DNA from: Vitrella brassicaformis CCMP3155
Taxonomy: Eukaryota > Protista > Chromerida
Assembly: GCA_001179505.1 (NCBI GenBank)
Contig: CDMY01000964.1
Span: 1-64,000, forward strand
Direction of reading: 5' to 3'
DNA length: 64,000 bases
The position numbers and the translations under genes are program-made. Within the stretch, counting starts at the first letter, position 1. Every line of letters begins with the position of its first letter. The notes under the pieces were generated by a model that searched no databases, was not told the DNA's origin, and saw only the letters and a list, made by a program, of their open reading frames with translations. Shown here in pieces: positions 49,630 through 63,400 of the stretch.

Positions 49630-52600
49630 CTACGCTGGAGGCATCATTGAAGCGCGCCTGTTGCCTCCTGTTCGCCCAGCACGCCCGATCATGTGGATCA
49701 GATTTGAAACCTTGAGAACACATAGCAGACAGAGACACGACGTCCAGCTGCCCTTCTCTACCTCCCTGCCTCCAAAGAGAGTACCTGGCCCATGGTTTTC
49801 GTGACGCTCGAGAGATCACGCGGCATATCGAGGGACCCCCTTGCCGCCGCCGCCCGTGCGCCCGCTCCCGCTGCACTGCCTCCATACTCGCTCGACTGGA
49901 CGGCACCCCGCGGCGAGGAGGGGGGCTTCAACACAGAGCCCCTCCCTTCCTGGCTCGACGACAGTACCGCGGAGGCAAATCCAGCAGACAGTTGCTGGCC
50001 GCCAGTGGCCGATGACCGCTTGACGCTCGTTATGGACACCGGCGCGCCACCTGCTGTCTGTTGCCTGCTCATACGTCTGTGACGCTCCTCGAGGGCGAAG
50101 AGCTGCTCCAGGAGTATGCGCAGCTGCCGGATCTGCGGCAGGGGAGGAGGGATAGGACAGAGGCATACAAATGAAACCATCGCCCAAGAGCATGTCTCGG
50201 TGTCAAATACCTTTGTGGCGATTTGTTTGCCCCTGAGCTGTCTCATGACTTCGACAGATTTGCGGCGCATGCCCGCGGCCATTCGTGCCGTGGGGCTGAG
50301 CTCCGAGCCCGATGCAGAGGACTCTCCCTCGCTGTCCTCTTCGAGACCCATCGTGACCTTGCGGGCAGCCCCCGCCGACGACAACGGGCTTGTATCCTCC
50401 TCCATCGCAAGCGACGCCCTGCAAACACGCGCAAGCATACACGTCCACCTCGGGCTAAGGTGCCTTGTCTCCTCTTCTAAGCAGCTGCCTGACCGCCGCT
50501 TTCTCTCTTCGCTCGATCTGCGGGCCTTCTGTAGCCATTCCTTGCCGGCCTTGATAGAGCTCCTGCGTTCCTTGATGCGCTGGCCCATCTCCATCTCCTT
50601 CTCCCTTTCCTTCTGCTGCCTCTCGAGCAGCTCCTGCTGCTTCCGACGCAGCTCCTCCGCACCCTGCTGGAACTGACGCTGAATAAAGAGACAGACGGGA
50701 GCGAGACAGAAGGAGACACGACACGCAGGACTAGCAGGAAGGCGATGGATAGGCGCTCTCCCTTGTCTCTCACCCACCAGTTGGTCGCCGTATAGTGCGG
50801 CTTCCTTCTGCCTCCTCTTGGCGTCCAATCTCTCCTTGGTCTTCTTAAGCTGCCTCTGACGCTCAATGTCCAGTGCCCTCTCCAGCGCCTTGACCTCGGA
50901 CCGGTGCTGCTCCAGGATGCGCCGCCTGAGGTCGCCGTCCATCTCCTTGACACTCTGCAGATACCGCTCCTGGGCCTGTTGACGCTCCTGTATGGCCTTG
51001 GCGCGCTGCTCCTTGAGCCGCTGGTCGGCCTGCAATGCGGCGCGGTCGCGCTCCTTGTCCATGCGCTCCTGCAGCTCCTTCATCTGCTGCTCGATCTGCC
51101 TGCGGGCGTCCTCCTCCTTCTTGCGCATCTCGAGCTCGATGGCCGCCAGCTTGGCGCGCTGCTCCTGCCGCCTCTTCTCTCGCTTTGCGTCTAATGACTT
51201 CCGCTCCTCGTTTGACTCGATGATCCACTTCTTGGCCTGCAGGTTGCCGCGAGTGGCAAAGTCTTGGAGGCCGGTGATGAGCTCGTTGAGCTGTCTGTCG
51301 CGGAGGTTCCAGACGTCCTCCTCCTGCTCCTTGCCGATCTCCTCACCCTCCTCCTCGACGGCCTTGTCGAAGTCCTGCTGGATCATGTCGCGGAACTCTT
51401 TCTCCTTCTGCTGCCGCTCTTGCTCCAGCTCCCTGATCTCGTCTGCAACCGACCTTTTCTTGAGCTCCAGCTCCTCCTCGCTCTCCTCGTCACTCTCATC
51501 GTCCTCGAGGCCTTCACCGAGCGCATCGGAACTCTTCGGCTTGGCTCGCTCGAGCGCCCTCTGCATCTTTTCTTGTCTTTCTTGCTCCCTTTGCTGGACC
51601 AAGACCTCTTTCCTGCGCTCGTACTCTTGGTTGAACTCGATCATCTTGGCCTCCTTCTGCCGCTGCTGCTCGTCAATGAAGAAGCGGAGCTTCTCCGTTC
51701 GTTCCTTGTACTGCAAGGCCACGCGCCCCTGCATCTCCCGCTGATGACGCTCTGAGGGCAGAAGACAGGCCAAGATGCACGAACACTTGTCGTTAGTCGT
51801 GAACTGTCATGTCTCACCTCCCATGGCGGCCTTGAGTTTGGCGACAATTTCGTCCAAATTGCCCGTCTTGGTAACCAATGCGTTCTTGAGGTCCTCCTCG
51901 GCCTCGCGCTGCATGTCGCTCTGCAGCTCCTGCTTCTCCCGCTCCAGTTGCAGCTTCTTCTCGGAGAACTCCTTGTCTTGCTGGGCTTTGAGCTTGGCCT
52001 GCTTCTCACGGGCGGCCGCCCGGCGAGCGGCGAGCTTCTCCTGCAGCTGTTCCTCCTGCCGGGATCGCTCCTTGCTGACGGTCTCTTCGATCTCGGCCAT
52101 CTTGCGGTTGTGTTCCTCGAGCAGCTGGCTCTTCTCTGCGTCTGTTGTGGCGTTGGCGGTCTTGACCTTGAGCTCGACCTCCAGCTTGACGCGCTGCTTC
52201 TCGACCTCCTGCGCCGCCTTAGCCTTGACCTCATCGAGCTCCTTCTGCGCCCTTTCCACCTCCTTCATCGTCCCAGAGTCGGTCTCTTTCGTCTCCCTGC
52301 AGCACAGGACAACACATGATGGCCCACCAATCAACTGGAGACACATGTCTCTCGATCGGTTAGCCTATCTCACTGTTTGTGCTTTTCTTTGAGCTCCTGC
52401 ATTTCCTCCTTGAACTTGTCCTCAGCCTGCTTCATCATCACCATGGCCGCGGCGTTCTGCAGGCGGGCCGTCAGCTCGCTCACCGCACCACCACCCTCAC
52501 CGACCCTCCCACGAGCAAACACCTCATTGCTAATGGCCTGCTCCTCGCGCTTCTGGGCATCGAGCTTCTCACGGACTTCCTGCACCCACAAAGCAAACAG

Positions 52601-55600
52601 GAGCAGTGTAATGGATGCCCATTGCTGTTGTTGTGACGTGAGCGCCTACCTGTCTCTCGACGGCCTGTTCGCTCTTAAGTCGCTGCTGCTTGGCGGCCTG
52701 CTCGGCTGTGAGTCGCTGGCGGCGCTGCTCGAGCTTCTGTTTGAGCTGCACCTGTTGCTTCATCCGCTCCTCCTCGATATTGTCGGCCTGTCGGGCCATC
52801 TGCGATCGCCACTGCGTGATAATGCGTTCCCGCTCAGCCTCTTTCGTCTCCAGCTCGTCACGGCCATACCCCTCCTCGTCTCTGAACATCCCCGAGGCCA
52901 CGTGCCGGCCCATAGAGCGCTGGATGCGGCCGTGAATGTCCTCAGCGGCCTCGCGCAACCTGAACAAAGGAGGTAAGCAAGTATCTGGCGTGCACGAGGA
53001 AGGAAGGGGAGTGTCTCTCTCGACGTACTTTTGTGCCTGGAGTTGCTCCTCCTGAACCTGCTGCTGAAAGGCCTCGTTGCGAATGTCTTCCTGCAGAGCG
53101 CGTTTCTCGGCCTCCTGCTGCCTCTGCAGGTCGGCTGCCACCCGCTCCTGCTCCTGCTGGGCCTTCAGGGCGTCCTGCTCAGCGGCCTGCTTGGACTTGA
53201 GGGCAGCCATGCGCTGTTCGCGCTGCTTGGCAATCCGTGCCATCATGTCGCCCTCCTGCTTCAGCCGCTCTTGGTCGAGGAGGTCGTTGAGGCGCGCGAT
53301 GTTTTGTTCGTGCTCGGCCAGGATCTGCTGACGCTCCTGCTCTTGCAGGACAGGGTCGGTGATGGTCGCTTCCAGCTCCTGCAACTGCTCCTTGACTTTG
53401 GCGTCCTCCTCCATCAACGTCTCGTTGCGCACCTGTACACACACGCTCATGGCGATACAAGAAATCCAGTCTGTGGCTGTTCTCCGACTGACCGCGTCGA
53501 GTTGCAGAGCCAGCTCCTCGTTCTGCCGCTTGTCCTCCCACTGCAGCTGCTCGCCCAGCGCCTCCTCGTCCACACCCTGCCGCACTACCAACTCCGCAGC
53601 CTTGTCCTCGTCAGCCAGCTGCCGGGCGGCCGCCACAGCCTCCACCTTCTGCGCCGCCATGAGGGCCACCTCGCCGGCCTGTCGCTCCTGCATGGCGGCC
53701 AGCTGCTTGAGATACTCCTCATCAAGCAGGGCGAGCTCTTCCCGAAGACTCTCGTCGATCTCACGAGCGGCCTGGGCACGGTGCTGCTCGATTTCCGTCT
53801 TGAGCTGGTCGATGGTCTCCTGAAGGGCTGCCCTCTCTGCCGGATCGGTGGTGTCCTGAAGCTGGAGCTCGAGGCGCTTGATGTCACTGTTCATGGCTGC
53901 CTGGTCGGACACAATGCTGAGAAAAGAGAAGGGGACGAGACACAGTGAGAGGGGATGAGACAGCCTTTTCTGCGCTTACGCTTCGTTGAGCTGGAGATTC
54001 TTGTCCCGGTTCAGGTCTTCAATTTTTGCCCTGTGTTCGCTTTCCAGCTCGGCGCGGTCTCTCTCGTGTCGGTTGAGCACCTCACTCTCCGCTGCGGCGA
54101 TCTGCTTCTCCTTCTCCAGATACGCGACATCGCCCTCCTGACGCTTCTGCATCGCCGCCTTTCTGAAATGTCATCACAGAGGTGCGATATGCTGTGCGTT
54201 GCACGTGTGCTGCCGCGCCTGACCTCTTTTCCAGCCGCTCCTTCATTTTGCGTTCGAGCTGCTCAAGCTGCGCGTCCCTCTCTCTGTTGAGCATATCCTC
54301 CATGCCGTGCATCTGCTGCTCAAACTCGGCCTGCAGCCTCTTGCGCTCGGCCTGGGCCTCAGGGGTGTTACCCTTGACGTTGTCCAAGGCCTTCTGCAGC
54401 TGATTCTTCATCTGCTCCTTCCGCATCTCAACACGATCCTTGTAGAGCTGCTTCAGCGTCTCGGCTTGTTTGCGATTCTGCAGGGTGGTTGCGTCGACGA
54501 GGGCTGCCACCTCATTCTCGTGCTGCGCCCGGGCCTCGTTGATCTTGGCATCGATGAGTGTCCCGTCGGCATTGACCTTGGCCGCCTGGTGGCCAGAGCG
54601 GGTGCGATCTTCCTCCTCTTTCTGCTTCGAGCGGCGCTCAGCTGCACATACACCACAATACATGGCGTGCATATTGACCAAATTGTGTGTGGCCAGTGTG
54701 GCTGTGTTGACCGACCAGCTCTTTGTGCCATTTTGGCCTGCAGCTGCTCGAATTGTCTGAGGCGTTCCTCCTCGAGCTGCTGCTCCAACAGCTGACTCTG
54801 CTCGGCATACTCAGCCATAATCACCTCTTTGGCTGCCTGATCATCGCCCGCCTCGTCCAGACGCTGCTGATAGGTCTTGGCGAGCTCGGCGCGTTTGCGA
54901 TCTCCCTCTGGACACGGAAACGGGAAAGAATACGTCATCTTGTATCAAGGGAGACACCATTTGGTGCTGTTGACCTGCGAGCTGGTCGTTTGCGATGGCG
55001 ACGGCCTCCTCGAGATTCTGCTGCGCCTCTTCCCGCGCCTCCTGAAGGTGTCGGTCCTTTAGTCGGTTCATTTCGTCGGTCTGTCTTGTCTCCTGCTCTT
55101 CCCGCTTGTCCTCCTTGTCGGACCGCTCTTCCCTCGCCTCCTTGAGATGCTGCTGGCGCTGCGCCACCTGCTCCTTCATCTCGTTGATCTTCTTCTCTTT
55201 CTGATTGCTGAGATCGTCCTGCATGCGGGCGATGAGGTCGTTATACACCTCGAGCAGCCGACGGCGCTCCCTCTCGTCCTGTGTGGTGGCCAGGGCGGTC
55301 TCGATCTTGTTGAGCTGGTCCACTTGGTTGGTCTCCATTTGCAGAGACTGCTCGAGCATCTCAAGGTGGTCAACCACCTCACCACCTGTGGAAATGAAAG
55401 TCAGACGGGCACAGAGGATGGTGCGTGAAGACATCGCTTACCGCCGATTTGTTCGAGGAATGACTCTTCGGCCTTCTCTGGCTCCGCCTCCCGAAGAATG
55501 TCGGGCGAGTAGATGGGGTCGATGCGGCTGCTGAGCTCCGTCAATAGACCCTCCTCTTTGCCCAGTGTCACCCCAATGCCCTGAAGCCGTCGGCAGGACA

Positions 55601-58600
55601 TCATTCATTTAAAGACACGGCACTTGCCGGTTCTGCACACCCACCTCCATCTTGGCAAGCGCCTCAGCGATTCGTTCCATGAGTGCATTCCGCAGCGCAG
55701 CGGCTTCGTCGAGAATGGCGTTGCTCTCGTCCTCAATCAACTGCTCCTGGTCGCCGAACCTCTTGCGAGCCTGACGGTGAAAACCACGCCCGTGTATGCG
55801 TCTTTTCATCTGCCCTCAGCTCACGTACATCTTGGTGGTGCATCACGAGTTTCTCGTAAGCGGCCTGGAAGAGTCGCGGGTCGATTACCGACAGCTGGTA
55901 GTCCTTGAGGTATGGCTGCAGGTCATCCGGGCCCATGGCCGTCACGCGCATCTTGTAGGCCTCGTAGGCCGCCTTCAGCTCCTCGTCCTTCTCCGCATAA
56001 CCTTTATAGGCCAAGGCGACGAGACGCGCACCTTGTCTCACTGAGCTAGGCCCTTTCCTCACTCACTGACCTTTGACAATGTCTTCCACAGCGACCTTTG
56101 TCTTGTCGATGGCGTTCTTTTTCACGCCAAAGGACCAATCCTGACCGGCGAGGCCGGCTTTGAGCCTCTCCTTGAAGACGAGCTTCTTGAGATACGTAGA
56201 GAGACACATGAGGACGAGCACCAGCCCGATAAGGCCGCCCATGAGACAGCCGATGAAGATCACATTGGGCAGCACAGCCACCTCCTCGCTCTGAAGGATG
56301 CGGAAATTCACCAGAGACTCGATGCTCTGCGGCTGTGGCACACTGACAAACAATCAGCAAAGCACAAAAACCATTGTCAATACCAGCTGTCTCTCTCGCT
56401 CACTCTGCAGCGCACGATTGCCCCCTGGGCAGGACGGCAATGACGGTCTGATGCGCAGTGTTGCTGCTCGCACCAAACACAAACACACCCGGCTGCTGGA
56501 ACGTGTACGCGAACAGCTGAAGGCACACACATGTATACGACACACATGAGCATCTGGCATGTGTGTCAGTCAGTCAGTCAGTCACTATCAGTCACCTTGA
56601 GGTCGGGCACCTCACTGGATAGCTCCATCTCCTCCTGGAGTTTGAGGAATGGCGCGACGTCGAAGTTTGGGTTGCTGTTGAGGAGGGAGTTGGAGATGTA
56701 CACGGGGTAGACGCGCTCGATGATGGACCATATCATGGTGCTGCCCAGCTCCAGACACTGAGTGGGATCAAGGATCGACGGGTCGCCTGACAACGACGAG
56801 GCGAGGTTGGGGAAATACGCCACCCGAGTCGCGCTGAAGAAACCAACAGTGTCTGTCTGTGTCCATGTCTTGTATCGCCCGTCGCCTGTCTCACTTTTGT
56901 GTCTGCAGCCGTCGCTCCTGGTGCTCTTCATCCATGAGGTAGTGGTCATGCTCGTCCTCCATCAGAATGTCCTTGAGCATCCGCCTGTCGGTCCCCGCGG
57001 CGGAGACTGCCTGGACGGACCGTTGGTACGCGTACCCGAACTCGTCGTAGCGCCGGTAGTGGCCCAGCATCTCGATGCCACTCGACGCCAGCCGCCGCGT
57101 CACATTGCCCGTCGTGCCGTTGGCGCCGTCGTTGGTGCAATCTGTGCGCCGGCAGTAGTCCTCGAGCAGATCCTCGAGCAGCCCTGACGAGAGCATCCAC
57201 CATGCAGAGAGTATGCGTGTTGGTCGTCTTCCTGCCTGCCTGTGTACCAGTAGGTGAGCCGAAGAGCCCCTGAATGCCCGCACCGCTGATGGCCTGGAAG
57301 CTGACGGTGCAGTTGATGGTGTCGGTCAGTGTGACAATGTCGTCGCCCAGCAGGTCGCACACGAGTTTGCCGGAGAGCACGCCCCCGGTGAAGAGGGTGA
57401 TGAGGGGCACGGCCAGCTGCTCACCAGTGGTCCTGTTGACAAACACCAGCTCCTCGCCGCGGATGTACAGCTCGCTCATCTCATTTCTGCAACAATACAC
57501 GCGACACATTCATCGCACGTCTGTCTCTCACACTCCTTTGTCTACTCACCGGCACTGCTCGTCACACACGATGTCAGGATTTTCCTTGAGATCGCAATCG
57601 CACACACCGGTCTCGACGAGGAGCCTGCCGCGCCCCTCAGGGCAGTTGGGGCAGTTGCCGAGGTCCTCACACTCGCCCGTGATGCTGTCTCGTGCTGTGG
57701 TGTCCATCTGGTAGATGCCTGAAGTGCGGGGCCCATCACATCGCGGCAGCACTATGGGCTGGCACTCAATGGGCGAGTCCACTGTAGAAGCATCGTTGAG
57801 CTCCTCATCGTAGAAGCGGTAGCTGCAGACGGAGTGAGTGGAATAGAGGAGGAGACACGTGTTTCCGTTTGCTTGTGCTTTACCCGGGTCTGCATACGCA
57901 TCGGCCGTCGAGTATCTGGTACGCTCTGTTGGCCCCGACGCAGTCACATGTGGTGGCCCCTTCCGTCGATGTCGATGTCAGGCCGCACGGCAAGCAACCA
58001 GTCTGGACCAACAGCACAGCAAATAATATCTCTGCTAAATGCATGATCGGCCCACCTACCTGTCCGCTGCGGTGATTGAAATTGCCAGCCGTGCATTTCC
58101 TGCAGTCGGTGACGTTCCTTCTCCCCTCTTGGTCGTTGTAGGTACCCGGGATGCACGGGAAGGGCCAGGCGCTGCCCGTGGGGCAGTAGAACCCCACCGG
58201 GCAGATGTAGCCGTTATTGATGGTGGTCTCGACTTCAGGCGGATCACCGATGCTTCTGATGGAGAGGGCTTCGACCTCCTTCACAATGATTGAGGTGCCG
58301 CCTGCATTGACGGAACGGGGCGGCAGATAGAGATGCGTGACAGCTTGGCCTTCGGGGTGTGTGCTATTTCCCCACCTTCACAGACATATCCCGGCTCGCA
58401 CGGCGTGCAATTGAGCGAAGCCGTCTCGTTCGTGTAGTAACCCTGCCAACCAACCAACCAACCAACCAACCAACGAAAAGCATGAGTACACGGCCATGTC
58501 TCATGCCCCCATGCACTCACCCATCCCTCTCACCGGCGGGCAGTCTTCGCAAGCCACGTCCTCGCTGGAACGGTTGTAGATCCCCAGCACGGCCCTCTTA

Positions 58601-60421
58601 CCCACAGGGCAAGGCTCAGGGTATGCGGCATACCCTGAGGACATGCCCTCACAGAAGTAGCCTTGCGGGCAGTCGAGAGGGAAGGGCGATTCGGGCGGGC
58701 AGTAGTAGCCTGGTGGGCATGGCTGCTCTGCCCCCGAGTTGACGGGGCAAAAAGTCCCGCCCGCACAGGTGATTGGCTCAGCCTGAACGGCGGATTGTTC
58801 GTTGTGTAAGCGTTGTTTGTCTGTCTGTGTGTGTATGTGTGTACGCACGTACGCCCATGACTGTGAATTCCTCGGTGCCGTCGTTGGGCGTCAGGGCAAT
58901 GCCTTGGACCGTGGAGGCGTCAGGGCAATACTTTGGACGTGGTGGCACGTCAGGGCAAGTCAAGGTGACTCTCAGGATCCCTGTCTCGGTCGGTTGAGAA
59001 GGTGGCCCTAGGATGTCTTCCGTTTCTGGAGGGCGGCGGACTCCTTGATTGAAGACCAATCGCGAAGAGTACCGCTGGCCGCTCTCTATGATGTCGTCGT
59101 ATAGCGTGATCGTCAGCAGCGACACACTCACTGAGAACTGCACTCATCAGCCACACACACACACACACACACACAAAGAGACACGCATATGTACACGTAG
59201 ACACAAACACATGTACAGCCATACATACACACACAGCCAAACAGTACAGACAGACAGACAGACAGACAAGAGCGTCCATCCGTGCTCTCTCTGCCTGTCG
59301 TCCCTATCTCAGCCAGCCAGCCAGCCAGGCATCGAGCCCCTATCGAGCCAGTAGGCTGGCCACAATACGTAGACGTATACATACAGACACAGACATACCT
59401 TCTTGGCTGTGAACTCCTGTTGCTTGCCGCCAATGAGTGTGAGGACAACGCTGTCGATGGTGTTGGGATGGACTTCGGGCGGGAAAGGAACCTCAAGGAC
59501 GCCCTTCGCCGTGGACTCACCCTCGCCGCCCTCCATCTCCTCGAGTGGACGAGGCGTCTCTTTGGACGGCGTCGGCTGCTTGTAGACCAATTGAAGCGCA
59601 TATTGCGTCGATGGGTCGATAATTCTGTCATCCACCAGCGTGACCGTCAGCTCGCGATCCTTCCTTACGTACACAATCTGAACCAACGAAGGAGCCAAAT
59701 AGTGAGTGAGCGAGTGAGTGGTCAACTGAGCTCGGCCGAGTGCAAACAACGACCGACCAAGGATAGATAGGATGTACCGTACTGTACTTGCCTGCCACTT
59801 GTGTATGTGTGTGTATATCTGTGTATGTGTATGTGTGTGTGTATGTGTCTGTATGTGGTTTGGTGGCTGGCTGCAGTGATGTCCTTACTGTGTCGGGGGG
59901 GCAGTAAGTGCCGTTCGGACAGCTCTCGTAGACGGCGTTGAGCGTCCGGCTCGCGTCACAGAAGAACCCTGAGAAAAATCAACATACACACGGACACATT
60001 GCACCACTCCCACACGAGAGACATGTCTCACCAGCGGGGCAAGGGTCGCATCCAGTCACATTGGCCGCCCCCGTGAAGTTGGCCAATGTGCCGACCGGAC
60101 ACGGCTCTGGTTCGATGGTGCCGCAAGCAAAGGGGTCGGGGTTGTCTGGCATTCCGCAGACCGAGCTTGGCAAGGGGGAGGTGCAGTAGTGCCCCACCGG
60201 ACAGGGGTAGTTGATGTAGGTGGGGTGGCCGTCCATCGGGCAGAAGTAGCCGGCCGGGCACGGGAGGCAGAACGATATGTCGGTGCCGTTGGATCGGTCG
60301 TTGTAGGTGCCCTTGGGGCACTTAGTGGGCCGCTGCGAAGGCTGAGGGCAGTAGGTGCCAGGCGGGCACAGCTCGGGTATCTACGTATGCAAAGGAGTCG
60401 ATACGAGCCGATTTCCTTGTC

Positions 60422-60458
<37 letters not shown>

Positions 60459-63400
60459 CACTGTCATGTGCTTTGCACAGTAGGATCCAGCGGGACACTT
60501 GATGCAGTCCTCCCGTTTCGATGCGCCTGGCTGGAACCGACCAGTGCCCGGCTCGCAGGGCACAGGCTGCACAACACACCACACAGAGAGCGAGGGAGAG
60601 ATGTAGAGAATTTGCCAGCACACCAAGATCTCTAGCTACTGCGGAAGAAAATGACCTCGATGGTGCCCTCGGGGCAGTAGTGTCCGGACGGACACAGGCC
60701 GCCATACTGGATGCCAATCACGCCAAATTGCTCGTTGTCACTAATATTCAGCCCCGGTCTGGGCGAAGGCCCCACTCCTTTGAAGCACACGTATCCTGCC
60801 TCACAGGGCCCCATCATCTTCCCCTGGTCGCAGTACTGCGACTGCCACACGCGTGTCGTTTGATTGTACTTTTTCTCGCACTCGGTGCACTCTGCATCTT
60901 CCGCCAGGTTCTTGACTGTGAAAGAGGTGTAGCTGCCCGGGGGGCACGGTTGGGGGTCTGCACCGCCTCCCGGGCAATACAGCCGATCTGGGCAGGGCTG
61001 GTAGCGTGAATGGCCCTCTGGCTGGCAGTACGTCCGCGGGGGGCAGTCATTGCACTGCTCGAGACCTTTGACGTCGGCGAATGTGTTGTTTGGACATGGG
61101 AAGGCGGTGTCTGTCCCGTCGGGGCAGAAGCTGCCCTCGGGGCATATGTTGCCCGTAAAAAGAGGGGGGGCGGTGCGGTCCGTGGGATGGCTGCTCTTGG
61201 CCCCTCCCACACAGAAGTACCCCGGATCGCAAGGCCCGGTGCCGGTCGGGTTCGTCAGGTTCGCATCGCCGCAGTAACGGCCGGGCGGACAGGAGGTGCA
61301 AGCAACCGTCTCGTCCGACTGAGCCGTCTCGTTGCCAAAGGTTCCGAACGGACATGGAATCGGATTGTCCTAACCACAAACAAAGAAAGATAACGCCAAA
61401 TGATCGTTGGCTATGTGCGGTTCGTTTGTGGACTCGTTGACTCCCTCACCGTGCCCTGTGGGCAGTAGAATCCGACCGGGCAGAGCCCGCCCCCCACCGG
61501 CCAGCCCTCGGGCGGCGGCGGCCACACCACTATGAACTCAGGACCCGTGTAGACGGGCGGGCCCACCGTGGGGGCGGCGGTGGTGGTCACAGGCGGGAAG
61601 GGTGTGGTGGGCTGGGTGTAGTTGGCATGGAAGGGCTGGGGGTCCTGCGACCCCTCCATGCAGATGAATCCGGCGTCGCAGGGGCCCGCGGGGGACGACT
61701 GGCCGTCCGTGTCGCAGTAATAGCCTGCCAGACACATGCAGAGATCACAGTCGCACGAAGACACGGAGAGACATGGGTTACAAAGGCAGGGATGCCGACC
61801 TCTCGGGCATATGGAGCAATCGTCGGGTGAGGTGAGGGCTTCGGCGTCAGCGAACGTGCCAGGTGGGCAGGGGATGGGGGTCGTGACGTTGAAGGGGCAG
61901 TAGTTGCCTTTGGGGCACACGAACTCGGTCCCGTTCGACATGGCTGGGGAGAGAGAATACATGAGCGCATGACGGAAGGTCGAAGCGCGACGCAGCTATG
62001 TATTATACATACCATCAACGTTGCAGTAAAAGCCTGCGGGACAGCCGAGACACTCACCCAGGCCCTGTCAGCAGATATAAAGTTGGCAGAGACACCGTTG
62101 ACTGACACGATTAGCTCCCTCTTCGACTTACTCACCTCGGCGTCGCTATACGTGGGCGCAACGCACAAGAGCTCGGTGAGAGTGCCCGCTGGGCAATAGT
62201 AGCCAAAAGGACAGATAATGCCCTGCACCGGGGGAGAGGGAATGTTGACTGTCGGCGTGGGGGTCTCCGATCTATTGTAGCACACGAAGCCCATGTCGCA
62301 GGGGATGGGGGTGCCCGTCGACGAACAGAAGAACCCCGCCGGACAGTCGCCGCAGTCCCCAGGGACACTGGACCCTGATGAGGGCACACACCAACCCTCA
62401 ACAGACACTCACAAGAAAATGGTCTCACTCCCTCCCTCTTCTCACCTTCTGGTGAGCCAGTGGTGCCCGGTGGGCATGGCAAGGGAGCCGCCGAGCCTGC
62501 AGGACAGTACATGCCCGAGGGACACTCGCGACCAGGGATGCACGAGACGTTGGCCGCGCCGGCCGCTGTGGGTGGCGGGCAATATGTTGGCGCGGGTGTG
62601 GCCGTGTCGGATCCCCATCGGCAGTAGTATCCCGCGTCGCAGTCGGGTCCAGGGGATGTCAGGCGTGGCGCACTGCAGTACTTGCCCGGAGAGCTGATGT
62701 CAATGAATGCGATCGACGTACGAACAATGCAGCAATGTGGGAACGCCTCTCTGTCGCTCGCTTACCATTCTGCACACTCAGAGCTGTTTGTGAGGTGCTC
62801 CAGGGCGCCGTATGTGCCGACAGGGCAGTCGAGCGGTGTGTCGGTGCTGCCCTCGCAATATTGGCCCTGGGGGCAGGCGACGGGAGCTGTCAAGCCATCG
62901 GTGGCGCACACGAAGCCCGGCGGGCATGTTTTGCAGCTCAGCTGTCCGACCCAGTCCTGGTACTCCCTGCATACCCATGGATACACAGGCAGGAGGTATG
63001 TCAAGTCGGTGGCGTGTGCGTATGGCATGTATGGGTAGGTGATCTAGTACTGGGGGCTGCATGGGTCGGGAAAGGCGTTGTTGCCCGCACAGCTGTGGCC
63101 CGCATAGCAGAGGAACTGTGTCGATGACTGCACAACGTACACACACAAAGAGACAGAGAGAGACATGCCTCATCCCGTCTCGAATGGCTGCATGACATTG
63201 GCTTGCCTTGGATCCCGCTGGGCAGAAGAAGCCCGCCTCGCAGTCCCCCGTGATGGCCGTCTGCGCCGTTCCCCAGCAGTACTGGGCCTCGTCACACTCA
63301 GTGCAATCAAGGACGCCCGTCGCCTGCTCGGTGTCTCTATAACGACCTGCTGGGCAGCGGACGGGATCGGATGTGCCCTCCTCGCAGTAGTGGCCGACAG

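Noticed and set aside
54725-54740. GCCATTTTGGC, a partial match to the dinoflagellate spliced-leader core
   Set aside because: Short match lying within coding sequence (AKMA) of the giant gene; chance
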